DNA of 64,000 nt from Ostreococcus lucimarinus (Eukaryota). The notes under the pieces were generated by a model. That model searched no databases. It worked only from the letters and a program-made list of their open reading frames with translations, and was not told where the DNA came from. Location of the stretch: assembly GCA_000092065.1 (NCBI GenBank), contig CP000584.1. One strand, given 5' to 3'. Of this stretch, positions 49,541 through 57,649 are shown one piece after another. Position 1 is the stretch's first letter, and each line of letters begins with the position of its first letter. A program made the translations under genes and the position numbers.

Positions 49541-51544
49541 ATGTCAGACGCCCTTGACGGCGCTGACCGCGACGCCAGCTCGACGAGTGATCGTCCCGCG
49601 GCTTCTTCCCTGGATACCGTGCTCGAACTCGAGCGTTTCGTCGATGTCGACGACGACCGCGCGGTGTTGGCAGACGATTATTCCAACGACGTCCCCGGGT
49701 CTTCCGAGCTCGATTTGACGTCTAAATACTGCCGAGACTGCCACGTCGCGAGTCAACGGTTGTATCACGTCGCTGCACTGTCGCGCGTGTGCGAACGGAC
49801 GCTAGAAGACGACGTTGGGGCGTTCCCAATCGATTTAATCGCAGAGCTGGCCGAGGATGATGACGACGATGTGCGCCGAAGCGTGGCCGAGCAACTCGAC
49901 CGATTCGCAGCGTGTGTGGGGAGGTTGAGCGAAAGATTAGATCATGTATGCGCGATTAAACTGCTCGGAGTGACTTTTATGTTGATAGAGGATGATCGCG
50001 AGGAGGTTGTCAGCGCCGCAGAACAAACGTGCGGCGCAGTGGCTTCGTTGCTGTCACCCGAGAAGCAACGCAGTTTGTTGCTTCCAACGTTGAAATCGTT
50101 CTCGGAGAGCGATGAAGAAGAAATTAGAATGAGTGCGGCGAAGGTGCTGGGGAGATTAGCAGCTGTTGTCGGCGTAGAGATGACGAAAAGTGATTTGCTG
50201 CCGAGTCTGTTAAATTTGGCGAGTGACGCAGAATATAGAGTTAGAGAAGCCGTCGCCTCCGCGCTGAGCGACACATTTGAGATTTTAGATGCTAACGACA
50301 CGTTGGAATCGACTTTGCCGACGTTTGCGCGCTTGTCCAGGGACAGTGTATGGGCAGTCCGAGCCACATGCGCGAAGCACGTCGTGCAACTCGTCAGAGC
50401 GGTGCCGACGGACAGAATGCTCGACGTTGCTTCGGAGACTTTCGAGCCTTTGGCCAATGACGTCAGCTTCAAAGTGCGTACAGCAGCGTTGGAGCAGCTC
50501 GGGCAACTTATTTTCGCGTTGAGCTCTGTTGAGGTGCCGACTATCTTTGTGGACTACTTCACGAGCATGGCGGAGAGTTCGACAAGCAGCAGCGCGCTAC
50601 AAGAAACTTGCGCATACAACCTACCAGGCGTGGTGCTCTCGTTGACATCAGCGAGATGGACAGAATTACGCCCGGCGTTTCGATTGTTAGCCGCAAGCTT
50701 GAATTGGAGAGTCCGTCGAACGTTGGGTTGTTCGCTTCACGAGATAGCGACCATCATCGGTCGAGACAACGCAGAGAAAGATTTACTACCAGTGTTGGAG
50801 AGTTTTCTAGAAGACACTGACGAAGTCAAGATCGGTGTGATTGAACATTTGAGTGAAATCTTCGCCGTCATCGGTTCGGCGTCTCGGCTTTCGCTGATCC
50901 GACTTTTGTCGACCTTTGAGTCGGAGGATGCCGAAAAGATCGGGAATTGGAGGATTCGTTTTGCGTTGGCCAAACAGATTCTCCCCGTGGCCGAATTGTT
51001 GTCTGGTGCGGCTACTGCTGAGTTTATCGTGCCAATCTTGCTCGCGTATTTAGATGACACCGCGGCCGTTGTGCGCGAGAAAACCGTCGAGATCGCTGGC
51101 AGAGTTCTCTTCAACGCGGCGAGGGAATTGTCGTGGTACTCGGAAACCATCGTGAACGCGATGTCTTCCATTAAACTACTCGCCACGAGTCACAGATGGT
51201 CCGACCGCAGAGCATACATCAACATTTGCCTCGCGCTCGCGAGAGAAGTCGAGCAACGATTCGTGGTAGATGAATTGTTACCGCTGTTGGTCATGCTCGC
51301 CGAGGATTCCGTCGCGGCGGTTCGAGTGGCTCTGAGTCACTTCTTAACCGAAGTTCTTCGACTCGATCCCACATACATTTCTCTGCCGGATATCAGCGCG
51401 GCGATCATCATACTGAAGGCTGATAGCGACCCCACGGTAGTCGCTGCGGCGCAAAGCATGAAGGCCGAAGCCGAGGCGAAGGTGAAGGACGACGCTGCGT
51501 TCACGTCCGCGCGAGACGTGCGTTTTTCCCCGACAGGCTTGTGA
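49541..51544 (+). CDS. HEAT-repeat protein of the PP2A-A (PR65) type, likely PP4 regulatory subunit 1-like
   Basis: There is a series of about 39-aa HEAT units with conserved V/R positions (EYRVREAVASALS, VWAVRATCAKHVVQL, NWRVRRTLGCSLHEIATIIG, NWRIRFALAKQI, VAAVRVALSHFL). The first ATG in ORF 49490..51544 is at 49541. Confidence 0.6.
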   Translation: MSDALDGADRDASSTSDRPAASSLDTVLELERFVDVDDDRAVLADDYSNDVPGSSELDLTSKYCRDCHVASQRLYHVAALSRVCERTLEDDVGAFPIDLIAELAEDDDDDVRRSVAEQLDRFAACVGRLSERLDHVCAIKLLGVTFMLIEDDREEVVSAAEQTCGAVASLLSPEKQRSLLLPTLKSFSESDEEEIRMSAAKVLGRLAAVVGVEMTKSDLLPSLLNLASDAEYRVREAVASALSDTFEILDANDTLESTLPTFARLSRDSVWAVRATCAKHVVQLVRAVPTDRMLDVASETFEPLANDVSFKVRTAALEQLGQLIFALSSVEVPTIFVDYFTSMAESSTSSSALQETCAYNLPGVVLSLTSARWTELRPAFRLLAASLNWRVRRTLGCSLHEIATIIGRDNAEKDLLPVLESFLEDTDEVKIGVIEHLSEIFAVIGSASRLSLIRLLSTFESEDAEKIGNWRIRFALAKQILPVAELLSGAATAEFIVPILLAYLDDTAAVVREKTVEIAGRVLFNAARELSWYSETIVNAMSSIKLLATSHRWSDRRAYINICLALAREVEQRFVVDELLPLLVMLAEDSVAAVRVALSHFLTEVLRLDPTYISLPDISAAIIILKADSDPTVVAAAQSMKAEAEAKVKDDAAFTSARDVRFSPTGL

Positions 51545-51627
51545 TCCTCCATAAACTTAGTAGTAATTGATTTGTACTTTATTATGTAAGCTATGCTAGC
51601 AGTAAGCGCGTTGTTGTTCTATTTCAT

Positions 51628-52479
51628 TCACTGATACACCCCTACCTCAGCCGCGCGAATCACGCGTTCGTGGAGCGAGTATCCCGTCTTCGTCACCGCC
51701 GCCACCGTGCCCGCTTTAGCGTCGGAACCTTCGGGTATAGGGACATTAAAAAGAGCCATGTGCGAATTGGCGTCGAATTCTTCGCCTTCGGGGTTGAACT
51801 TTGTGACACCATGCTTTTTAAATGCCGACAACAGCGTCTTCTCGGTCATCACCACGCCCTCATGAAAGCTCTTGAGCTTTGTCTTCACCTTCTCCACGTC
51901 GTTTTCATCGTCGTCTACGGTCACCGTGGCGATGGCGCGATCGAGATTATCGGCGACGTCGAGTAAATCTTTGCAGAACCCCTGAATCGCAAACTTTTTC
52001 GCATCCTCGGCTTGACGACGCGTGCGTTCGCGCAAATTTTCCATCTCCGCCATGGTTCTCAGAATCCTATCCGTCAAATCAGCCACCTTGGCGTCCTTCT
52101 CCTCCAGCTCCCCGCGAAGTCGCGAGACTTCATCTTCGCCCTCTCCATCGCCCTCGGCGTCCTCCCCACTCTCGTCCTCCGCCGTCGTCTCGTCCTCCGG
52201 TTTTCCTTCACTCGCGAATCCACGCGCGCGCGCCCCTCCTCCGAACCCCTCCTTCCCGAGCGCCCGCGTCCACGCGCATCGCTCGCGCGCCGGCGTCTCC
52301 CACCCACCGCGCGCGCTCATCTCGCGTCTTCCCATCGCGCGATCGTCCATCGCGCGCGCGATCGTCCGCGTCGCGCCGCGCGTCGTCGTCGTCGTCGTCG
52401 TCCTCGTCGTCGTCGTCCCCATCGCGCCCATCGCGCGCGCGCCCCGCGCGAGCGCGCGTCGCGCGGCGCCGCCCGTCAT
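51628..52479 (-). CDS. GRPE: GrpE nucleotide-exchange factor (organellar co-chaperone), T/R-rich presequence
   Basis: LTDRILRTMAEMENLRERTRRQAEDAKKFAIQGFCKDLLDVADNLDRA ... HEGVVMTEKTLLSAFKKHGVTKFNPEGEEFDANSHMALF ... is collinear with GrpE. The first ATG in ORF 51628..52605 is at 52479. Confidence 0.8.
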   Translation of the reverse strand: MTGGAARRALARGARAMGAMGTTTTRTTTTTTTRGATRTIARAMDDRAMGRREMSARGGWETPARERCAWTRALGKEGFGGGARARGFASEGKPEDETTAEDESGEDAEGDGEGEDEVSRLRGELEEKDAKVADLTDRILRTMAEMENLRERTRRQAEDAKKFAIQGFCKDLLDVADNLDRAIATVTVDDDENDVEKVKTKLKSFHEGVVMTEKTLLSAFKKHGVTKFNPEGEEFDANSHMALFNVPIPEGSDAKAGTVAAVTKTGYSLHERVIRAAEVGVYQ

Positions 52480-52676
52480 CGTCGACGCGGTCGCGCGTTC
52501 CCTCGGCGCCGACGCGCGTCCGTCGCGCGCGTGTGCGGCGCGACGGACGACGGACGACGACGACGGACGATCGAATCGACCCGTCGGCACCGCCCGCCGA
52601 CCCAAACCCTAGCCCTCGTGCGAAATCGCGATTCGGGGAGTCGAAACGACAGAACGAGGCCTCGAGGCTGGCGAGG

Positions 52677-53285
52677 ATGGCGACTTCGGTGGGCGCGGGG
52701 GGAAGGTGCGCGAGCCAGGGACGCGAGGGATGCACGTTTTCGAGTCGGTGCGGACATCGAGCCGCGCGAGGACCGCAGTGCACGGGCGTCGACCGCGGGG
52801 TGGCGTACTACGAGACGGCGTTGGAACGCCTGGGGGCGACGGGGTTCGCGCGCGTCGGCGTGGCTTCGCGGGAGGCGAATTTGGACGCTTCCGTGGGGGC
52901 GGACGCGCACGGGTACGCGTTCATTCAGAGAACAGGGAGCGTGGTGCACGATCGAGCGCCCGCGCCGTACGCGGACGCGCGCGTGAAGGAGGGCGACGTC
53001 GTCGGCGTTTGTCTAAATCTCGAGATTTCAGACGCGCAAAGTTGGTTCGCGAGGATTTCACGCCGACTACGACGGCGTGACTCATCGTACATCGAGTTTT
53101 ATCTCAATGGTTTGTCTCTCGGACGTGCGTTCGTAAACGAAATCACACCAGGTACGTACTATCCGTGCGTCTCGCTTTTCACGATGCCGCATCAGATTGA
53201 GCCGGCGACGGTTCGAATGAATTTCCACCCACCTTGGATCGCGCCGCCAAAGTCGCAGCTCCAGCACCGTGGGTTCGGCGAATGA
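52677..53285 (+). CDS. SPRY domain-containing protein (SPRYD7-like single-SPRY protein)
   Basis: The ATG at 52677 starts MATSV.... SPRY core features are GVAYYE, GFARVGVASREANLD, KEGDVVGVCLNLE, IEFYLNGLSLG and GTYYPCVSLF. It is part of track ORF 51879..53285. Confidence 0.65.
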   Translation: MATSVGAGGRCASQGREGCTFSSRCGHRAARGPQCTGVDRGVAYYETALERLGATGFARVGVASREANLDASVGADAHGYAFIQRTGSVVHDRAPAPYADARVKEGDVVGVCLNLEISDAQSWFARISRRLRRRDSSYIEFYLNGLSLGRAFVNEITPGTYYPCVSLFTMPHQIEPATVRMNFHPPWIAPPKSQLQHRGFGE

Positions 53286-53330
53286 TACACAGCGCTCAAT
53301 GCATCGATAATTACATTTCCTCCAAAGAGT

Positions 53331-54689
53331 CTAAAAAGAATACACCTTCGACGTCTGCTTCTCTTCGGCGAAACGTCGAGCGAATCGCTCGTTTCGTTCG
53401 ACGTCGACATCGACAAATGCAGACGATACGTCTCCGTCGCCTAATCTGGATTTTCGTTCGCTAATTTGAGCCTCTAGTTCTGCCCGATGTCGGAGACTCG
53501 CTTCGGTCGCCATGCGAAGCTTCTCGTCGAGTTGACGCCTCGCGAGCTCCATGTCTTCCTCGTTTGCCCTGCGCCACGCGAGCTCTTCCTCCTTCTCCGC
53601 GCGCTTCTTCGCCTCGGCCTCGGCGATTTGTTGGCGACGACCATCAATCACATCCTTCATCAACTGTTCTCTTTGATGTGCTTCAAGTTCTTCGCGCGCT
53701 CGCAATTTTCTTTCGTGCTCCAGTCGCGCCTCCTCGACAGCCACGTCGTCTATTTCTTTGTTCGCGCGCTTCTCTGAAGTGAGCTCCTCTAGATACTTTC
53801 GGAAGAGGATCTCTTCCTCGCGTCGCCGAGCGACGAGCTCGGCGTGCTCTTTGGCATGTATGCGCTCCTCTTCCATCGCGTTTTCAACCAATCGAGCGTC
53901 GCACGCCCGTTCCTCCTCGAGCGCCGCCAACGACTCCAACTGCCGCTCTGCGTTCGAGCGAAGCAAGTCCGCGTGGACTTGGCGCTGCCTGAGCGCTTCC
54001 TCCCGCTGATTCGCGGCGTCGATCGTATTTTCTTGTTCCCATCGCGCGTTCAGTTGCGCCCGTTCGTAACGTCGCTCCTCTAAGCTTGCGAGTCTGTCAT
54101 GCTCTCGCGACGACATTTGCTCAAAGAGCGCGCGCGAATGCGCTTCTCGCGCCGCTTTCAACGCCGCATCTCGTTCATCGATGCGCGCCGAATCCTCCGC
54201 GCGAAGCGCGGAAATCGTTGCATTTATTTTTTTCTCGCGCTCGGCGTGTTCCACCGCAAGGCGCCTTCGCTCTTCAACCTGCGCTTGTCGACCCATTTGC
54301 ACTTCATTCGCCAAAGCCGCGCGAGCGCCGTCGCGCGCCGTCTTGTTTGACTCTTTCCACTTTTTGTAAGTCATCTCCTCCACGTGCTGTTTCCGCTCCT
54401 CCTCGCGCTTGGCCAACAATTCGCGCGCGCGCGCCTCCAATTCCATCCGTCGCGCCGCCGCGCTGACGCGTTTTCCCGCCATCTCTTCCTCGTATCGCGC
54501 CTCCTCGCTCGCCAGTTTGACTCGAAGCGCGTCTCTTCGCCGCGTCAGCGCCGCCGCCCGCTCCCGCGCTCTTCGTTCGTGTTCTCGCGCCTCGATCGAT
54601 CGCGTCTCCGCCTCCGGCGCTCTCGATCGCCAATTCACGTCTTCCTGTCGCTCTCGCAGCGCCTGGGTCGCACAAACAAAAATCCACAT
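53331..54689 (-). CDS. E/R-rich TPH-domain-type coiled-coil protein (MNS1/CFAP53/trichoplein-like)
   Basis: 452 aa with continuous ERxxE/RRxxL heptads (RREEEILFRKYLEELTSEKRANKEIDDVAVEEARLEHERKLRAREELEAHQREQ). No other domain is present; the start or upstream exons are uncertain. Confidence 0.5.
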   Translation of the reverse strand: MWIFVCATQALRERQEDVNWRSRAPEAETRSIEAREHERRARERAAALTRRRDALRVKLASEEARYEEEMAGKRVSAAARRMELEARARELLAKREEERKQHVEEMTYKKWKESNKTARDGARAALANEVQMGRQAQVEERRRLAVEHAEREKKINATISALRAEDSARIDERDAALKAAREAHSRALFEQMSSREHDRLASLEERRYERAQLNARWEQENTIDAANQREEALRQRQVHADLLRSNAERQLESLAALEEERACDARLVENAMEEERIHAKEHAELVARRREEEILFRKYLEELTSEKRANKEIDDVAVEEARLEHERKLRAREELEAHQREQLMKDVIDGRRQQIAEAEAKKRAEKEEELAWRRANEEDMELARRQLDEKLRMATEASLRHRAELEAQISERKSRLGDGDVSSAFVDVDVERNERFARRFAEEKQTSKVYSF

Positions 54690-54981
54690 TCGTCACTCCG
54701 GTTCGTTCGCCTCGCGCTAAGTTTAAACTGCAGTCAACGCGCGCGTGGCTGCTGATTGATTTGATTCATTCGCGTCGTCGTCCGTCGTCTCGTCGTCTGT
54801 CGATTTGGTCGCACCTCGGCGTATTCGCATCGCGCTTCGTGTTCTCTCTCGCGTCGTCGCATCCGCGCCGCGTCCTCTTCCGCGTGCGTCGGCATCGGGT
54901 CCACGTCTTTCTTCCTCGCACCGCCTCGCGTCGCGCACTGTCGCGCATCGCGACATCGCGACGTCGAATCGCGGAGACGCG

Positions 54982-56490
54982 ATGACGACGCTCGCGGACT
55001 CGTTCCTGGCGGATCTGGACGATCTGAGCGACGACGACGCGCGCGACGGCGACGACGACGCGCGCGCGCGCGCGAACGCGAACGCGAACGATGCGACGGC
55101 GCGCGCGGGGACGACGGCGGCGGCGCGCGCGGAGGATTTGGACGACGTGGCGACGCTGACGACGACGGAGAGGTATCTCAGGGTGACGCGCGCGGTGGAC
55201 GAAGCGATGGAAAGGGATGGGATGGACGGCGCGACGACGACGGCGTCGGGAAAGCGCGCGGGGGCGATCGACGAGGGCGCGGAGGCGCTCGTGGTGGAGT
55301 GCAACGCGCTCACGGTGGAGGTGGACAACGAAGTCGCCGTCGTGCATCAGTACATTAAAGACAGGTATAAGAGTAAATTCCCAGAGTTAGAGTCCTTGGT
55401 GCTGCATCCGATCGATTACGCGCGAGTGGTGAAGGCGATCGGGAACGAGATGGACATGATGGGGGTGGAATTGGACGGCGTGTTGCCGTCGGCGACCATC
55501 ATGGTGGTGAGCGTCACGGGATCGACGACGTCTGGACAACCGCTGAGCGAGAGCGATTTGGAGAAGACTTTACGCGCGTGTGATCGAGCGTTAGAGCTCG
55601 ATGAGGCGAAAAAGAAGATGTTCAACTACGTCGCCACGCGCATGGCGGACACGGCGCCAAATTTGAGCGCAGTATTGGGAAGCGACATCGCGGCGCAGCT
55701 CATCGGCATCGCCGGCGGCTTGCACGCTCTGTCGAAAATGCCGGCTTGTAACGTCCAAGTTTTGGGGTCTAAGAAGAAGGCGACCGCGGGCATGTCGAGT
55801 GCATCGGCTGTGCGAGCGGGAGATTTGCACGCTGGCTTCATTTACGACTGCGACATTATCCAAAAGAAGACGCCGCCCGCGTGGCGAAGCAAGGCGGCTC
55901 GTCTGATTGGCGCAAAGTGTTCGCTTATGGCGCGCGTCGATGCGTACGGGGAGTCCCCGGACGGTGCCACTGGGAAGAAGTTTGCCGAAGAAATCATGAA
56001 AAAAATTGAAAAGTGGCAGGAGCCGCCTCCCGCGCGAACGGCGAAACCTTTACCCGCGCCTGGAGTCGAGCAAAAGAAACGCCGAGGCGGTCGCCGCGCG
56101 AGAGCGCTCAAGGAAAGATACGGTCTCACGGACATGCGCAAGGCGGCGAATCGCGTGAATTTCAACGAAGTCGAAGAAGAGGTGGGATACGATGGCGAAG
56201 GTCTCGGCACGCTGGGTTCCGCCGCGGGCTCCGCCGCCGTCGCCGGCAGAATGCGACTCGCCGCGAAGGCGGCCAAGCTCATCAAGACGGATAACAAGGG
56301 CGGAAAATCCACGTTTGCTAGCACGGCTGGGACGTCCGGGATGGCATCTAGCCTGGCTTTCACGCCGGTCCAAGGAATTGAACTCGTAAATCCGAACAGA
56401 ACGGCATCGGATGGTCCAGTCTCTGGCACCGACAGCGTCTTCTCCGAGCGCCGCGGCTTTTCAAACGTCGCGCGACAGCTCAAGCGATAA
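54982..56490 (+). CDS. PRPF31: U4/U6 snRNP protein PRP31 (Nop domain)
   Basis: AVVHQYIKDRYKSKFPELESLVLHPIDYARVVKAIGN ... LSAVLGSDIAAQLIGIAGGLHALSKMPACNVQVLGSKKK ... is collinear with Prp31 NOSIC/Nop. The first ATG in ORF 54805..56490 is at 54982. Confidence 0.85.
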   Translation: MTTLADSFLADLDDLSDDDARDGDDDARARANANANDATARAGTTAAARAEDLDDVATLTTTERYLRVTRAVDEAMERDGMDGATTTASGKRAGAIDEGAEALVVECNALTVEVDNEVAVVHQYIKDRYKSKFPELESLVLHPIDYARVVKAIGNEMDMMGVELDGVLPSATIMVVSVTGSTTSGQPLSESDLEKTLRACDRALELDEAKKKMFNYVATRMADTAPNLSAVLGSDIAAQLIGIAGGLHALSKMPACNVQVLGSKKKATAGMSSASAVRAGDLHAGFIYDCDIIQKKTPPAWRSKAARLIGAKCSLMARVDAYGESPDGATGKKFAEEIMKKIEKWQEPPPARTAKPLPAPGVEQKKRRGGRRARALKERYGLTDMRKAANRVNFNEVEEEVGYDGEGLGTLGSAAGSAAVAGRMRLAAKAAKLIKTDNKGGKSTFASTAGTSGMASSLAFTPVQGIELVNPNRTASDGPVSGTDSVFSERRGFSNVARQLKR

Positions 56491-56562
56491 CGAACGCACA
56501 GAGGATTACGCCTAGAGAATTGATGAATACAAAAATACAAATTCTAGTCGTCGGATGCGCCT

Positions 56563-56622
56563 GATATGATATCGGCGTCGTCGCAGAGCTCGCGCTCCCG
56601 GCGCGACGACGCGTCACGGCTC
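56563..56622 (-). promoter_or_regulatory. Candidate SECIS element in the SelM 3' UTR (form 2, CC in place of AA)
   Basis: The minus-strand RNA is gccGUGAcgcgucgucgc-gCCgggagcgcgagcucu-gcgacgacgcc-GAuauc. It has a GUGA...GA quartet and a 10-11 bp helix. Unpaired CC lies about 11 nt 3' of the core, followed by an apical mini stem-loop. It sits 40-100 nt downstream of the TAA. Confidence 0.45.
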
Positions 56623-56662
56623 GGCGCGTTCCGCGCGACTCGTTTCCATCCCCGCGTCGCGG

Positions 56663-57084
56663 TTAAAGCTCCACGCGCGCGGTTTCCCTCTCCTGCCCCG
56701 GTCTATAAAAGCCTCGCTCGTTCAAATACGTCTCCACGCGCTCCACCGTCCACTCGCTCGTCAGTTTCGCCGTCTCCACGTTGTTCCCGCGTTCGTCTTG
56801 CATGTGCAGCGACGGCGGGTGTCCCGGCGTCCACGTCACGCCCACGCGTTCGCCGTACCCCCCGACCTCGACGACTTCCTTCAGGAACGTCTTGATCTCC
56901 GGGAGGCGGTTCAATTTTCATCCCGGGCACGATTGGAATTGCGCCCGCGCGAACGCGCCTTCGCCCGCGGTCCCGCGCGCGACGCGCGCGAGCGCGACGC
57001 ACGCGGCGACGACGCGCGCGGCGACGACGCGACGCGCGGGACGACGACGCGTCGTCGTTCGCGTCGTCGTCGCCGTCGACGTCA
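56663..57084 (-). CDS. SELENOM: Selenoprotein M (SelM) with in-frame UGA selenocysteine codon at 56918-56920 (minus strand)
   Basis: ORFs 56918..57343 and 56663..56914 are in one frame, separated only by TGA: ...RVVAARVVAACVALARVARGTAGEGAFARAQFQSCPG-U-KLNRLPEIKTFLKEVVEVGGYGERVGVTWTPGHPPSLHMQDERGNN...ERGFYRPGQE. This matches animal SelM around the redox motif (CGGUQLNRLKEVKAFV). ATG 57084 gives a signal-peptide-like N-terminus. Confidence 0.8.
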
Positions 57085-57201
57085 TCGCCGAACGCGCGAC
57101 GCGCGATGTCGCATCGTCGCGACGTCGACGTCCCGCAGACGCTCGAGCGCGCGTTATCCGCATCGGCGTCGCGGCATCGCGCGACGCGGACGCGAGGTGC
57201 G

Positions 57202-57232
57202 ATGATGCGCGCGACGACGACGACGACGACAG

Positions 57233-57265
<33 letters not shown>

Positions 57266-57573
57266 CGAAGACGCGCGCGACCACGCGCGCGACGCGACGC
57301 GCGCACGTCGCGCGCGCGAACGCATCGCCCGACGGGGACGCAACCAAAGCCGCGTGCGCGGGGTCGTGCGACTCGTGCGGGCTGGCGAAGGAGAAGATGC
57401 AGTGCGATGGGAGCGGGCGAATCCAGGGCGGGATGGGGGCGATCCCGCTGTTCGCGTGGTGGCCGATCAAGGCGTACAGACCGTGCCCGGGATTGATCGA
57501 TAACGGGGGGGTGTACACGCGAAAAGGCCAAGACGTGAACGCGATTTTGTGGGGGGAATCGGGGAAGGATTAA
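57202..57573 (+). CDS. Small Cys-rich protein with DnaJ-type zinc-finger-like motif and poly-Thr/Arg presequence (predicted organellar)
   Basis: ...ACAGSCDSCGLAKEKMQCDGSGRIQGGMGAIPLFAWWPIKAYRPCPGLIDNGGVY (CxxC...CDGSG, resembling CxxCxGxG). The upstream MMRATTTTTTATTTTTTTTTRAKTRATTR is encoded by an (ACG)n repeat. The start may instead be ATG 57106. Confidence 0.4.
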
Positions 57574-57649
57574 TCGTGTTTTGCCTAGGGAACTATCGTG
57601 TTACAACAACAACAACATCGACAAGATATATCGCTAATGTATCGCTAAT

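Noticed and set aside
53040-53110. A mini-intron inside the SPRYD7-like gene removing the 22-aa insertion ISDAQSWFARISRRLRRRDSSY
   Set aside because: The only GT..AG pair available would give an intron of about 25 nt, which is implausibly short. The insertion is in frame and may simply be a lineage-specific loop.
56700-57520. Alternative minus-strand ORF 56703..57518 and the plus-strand ORF 56798..57205 overlapping SelM
   Set aside because: Both are Arg/Asp-rich low-complexity translations. The SelM frame gives a conserved protein once UGA is read as Sec, so these are frame artefacts.
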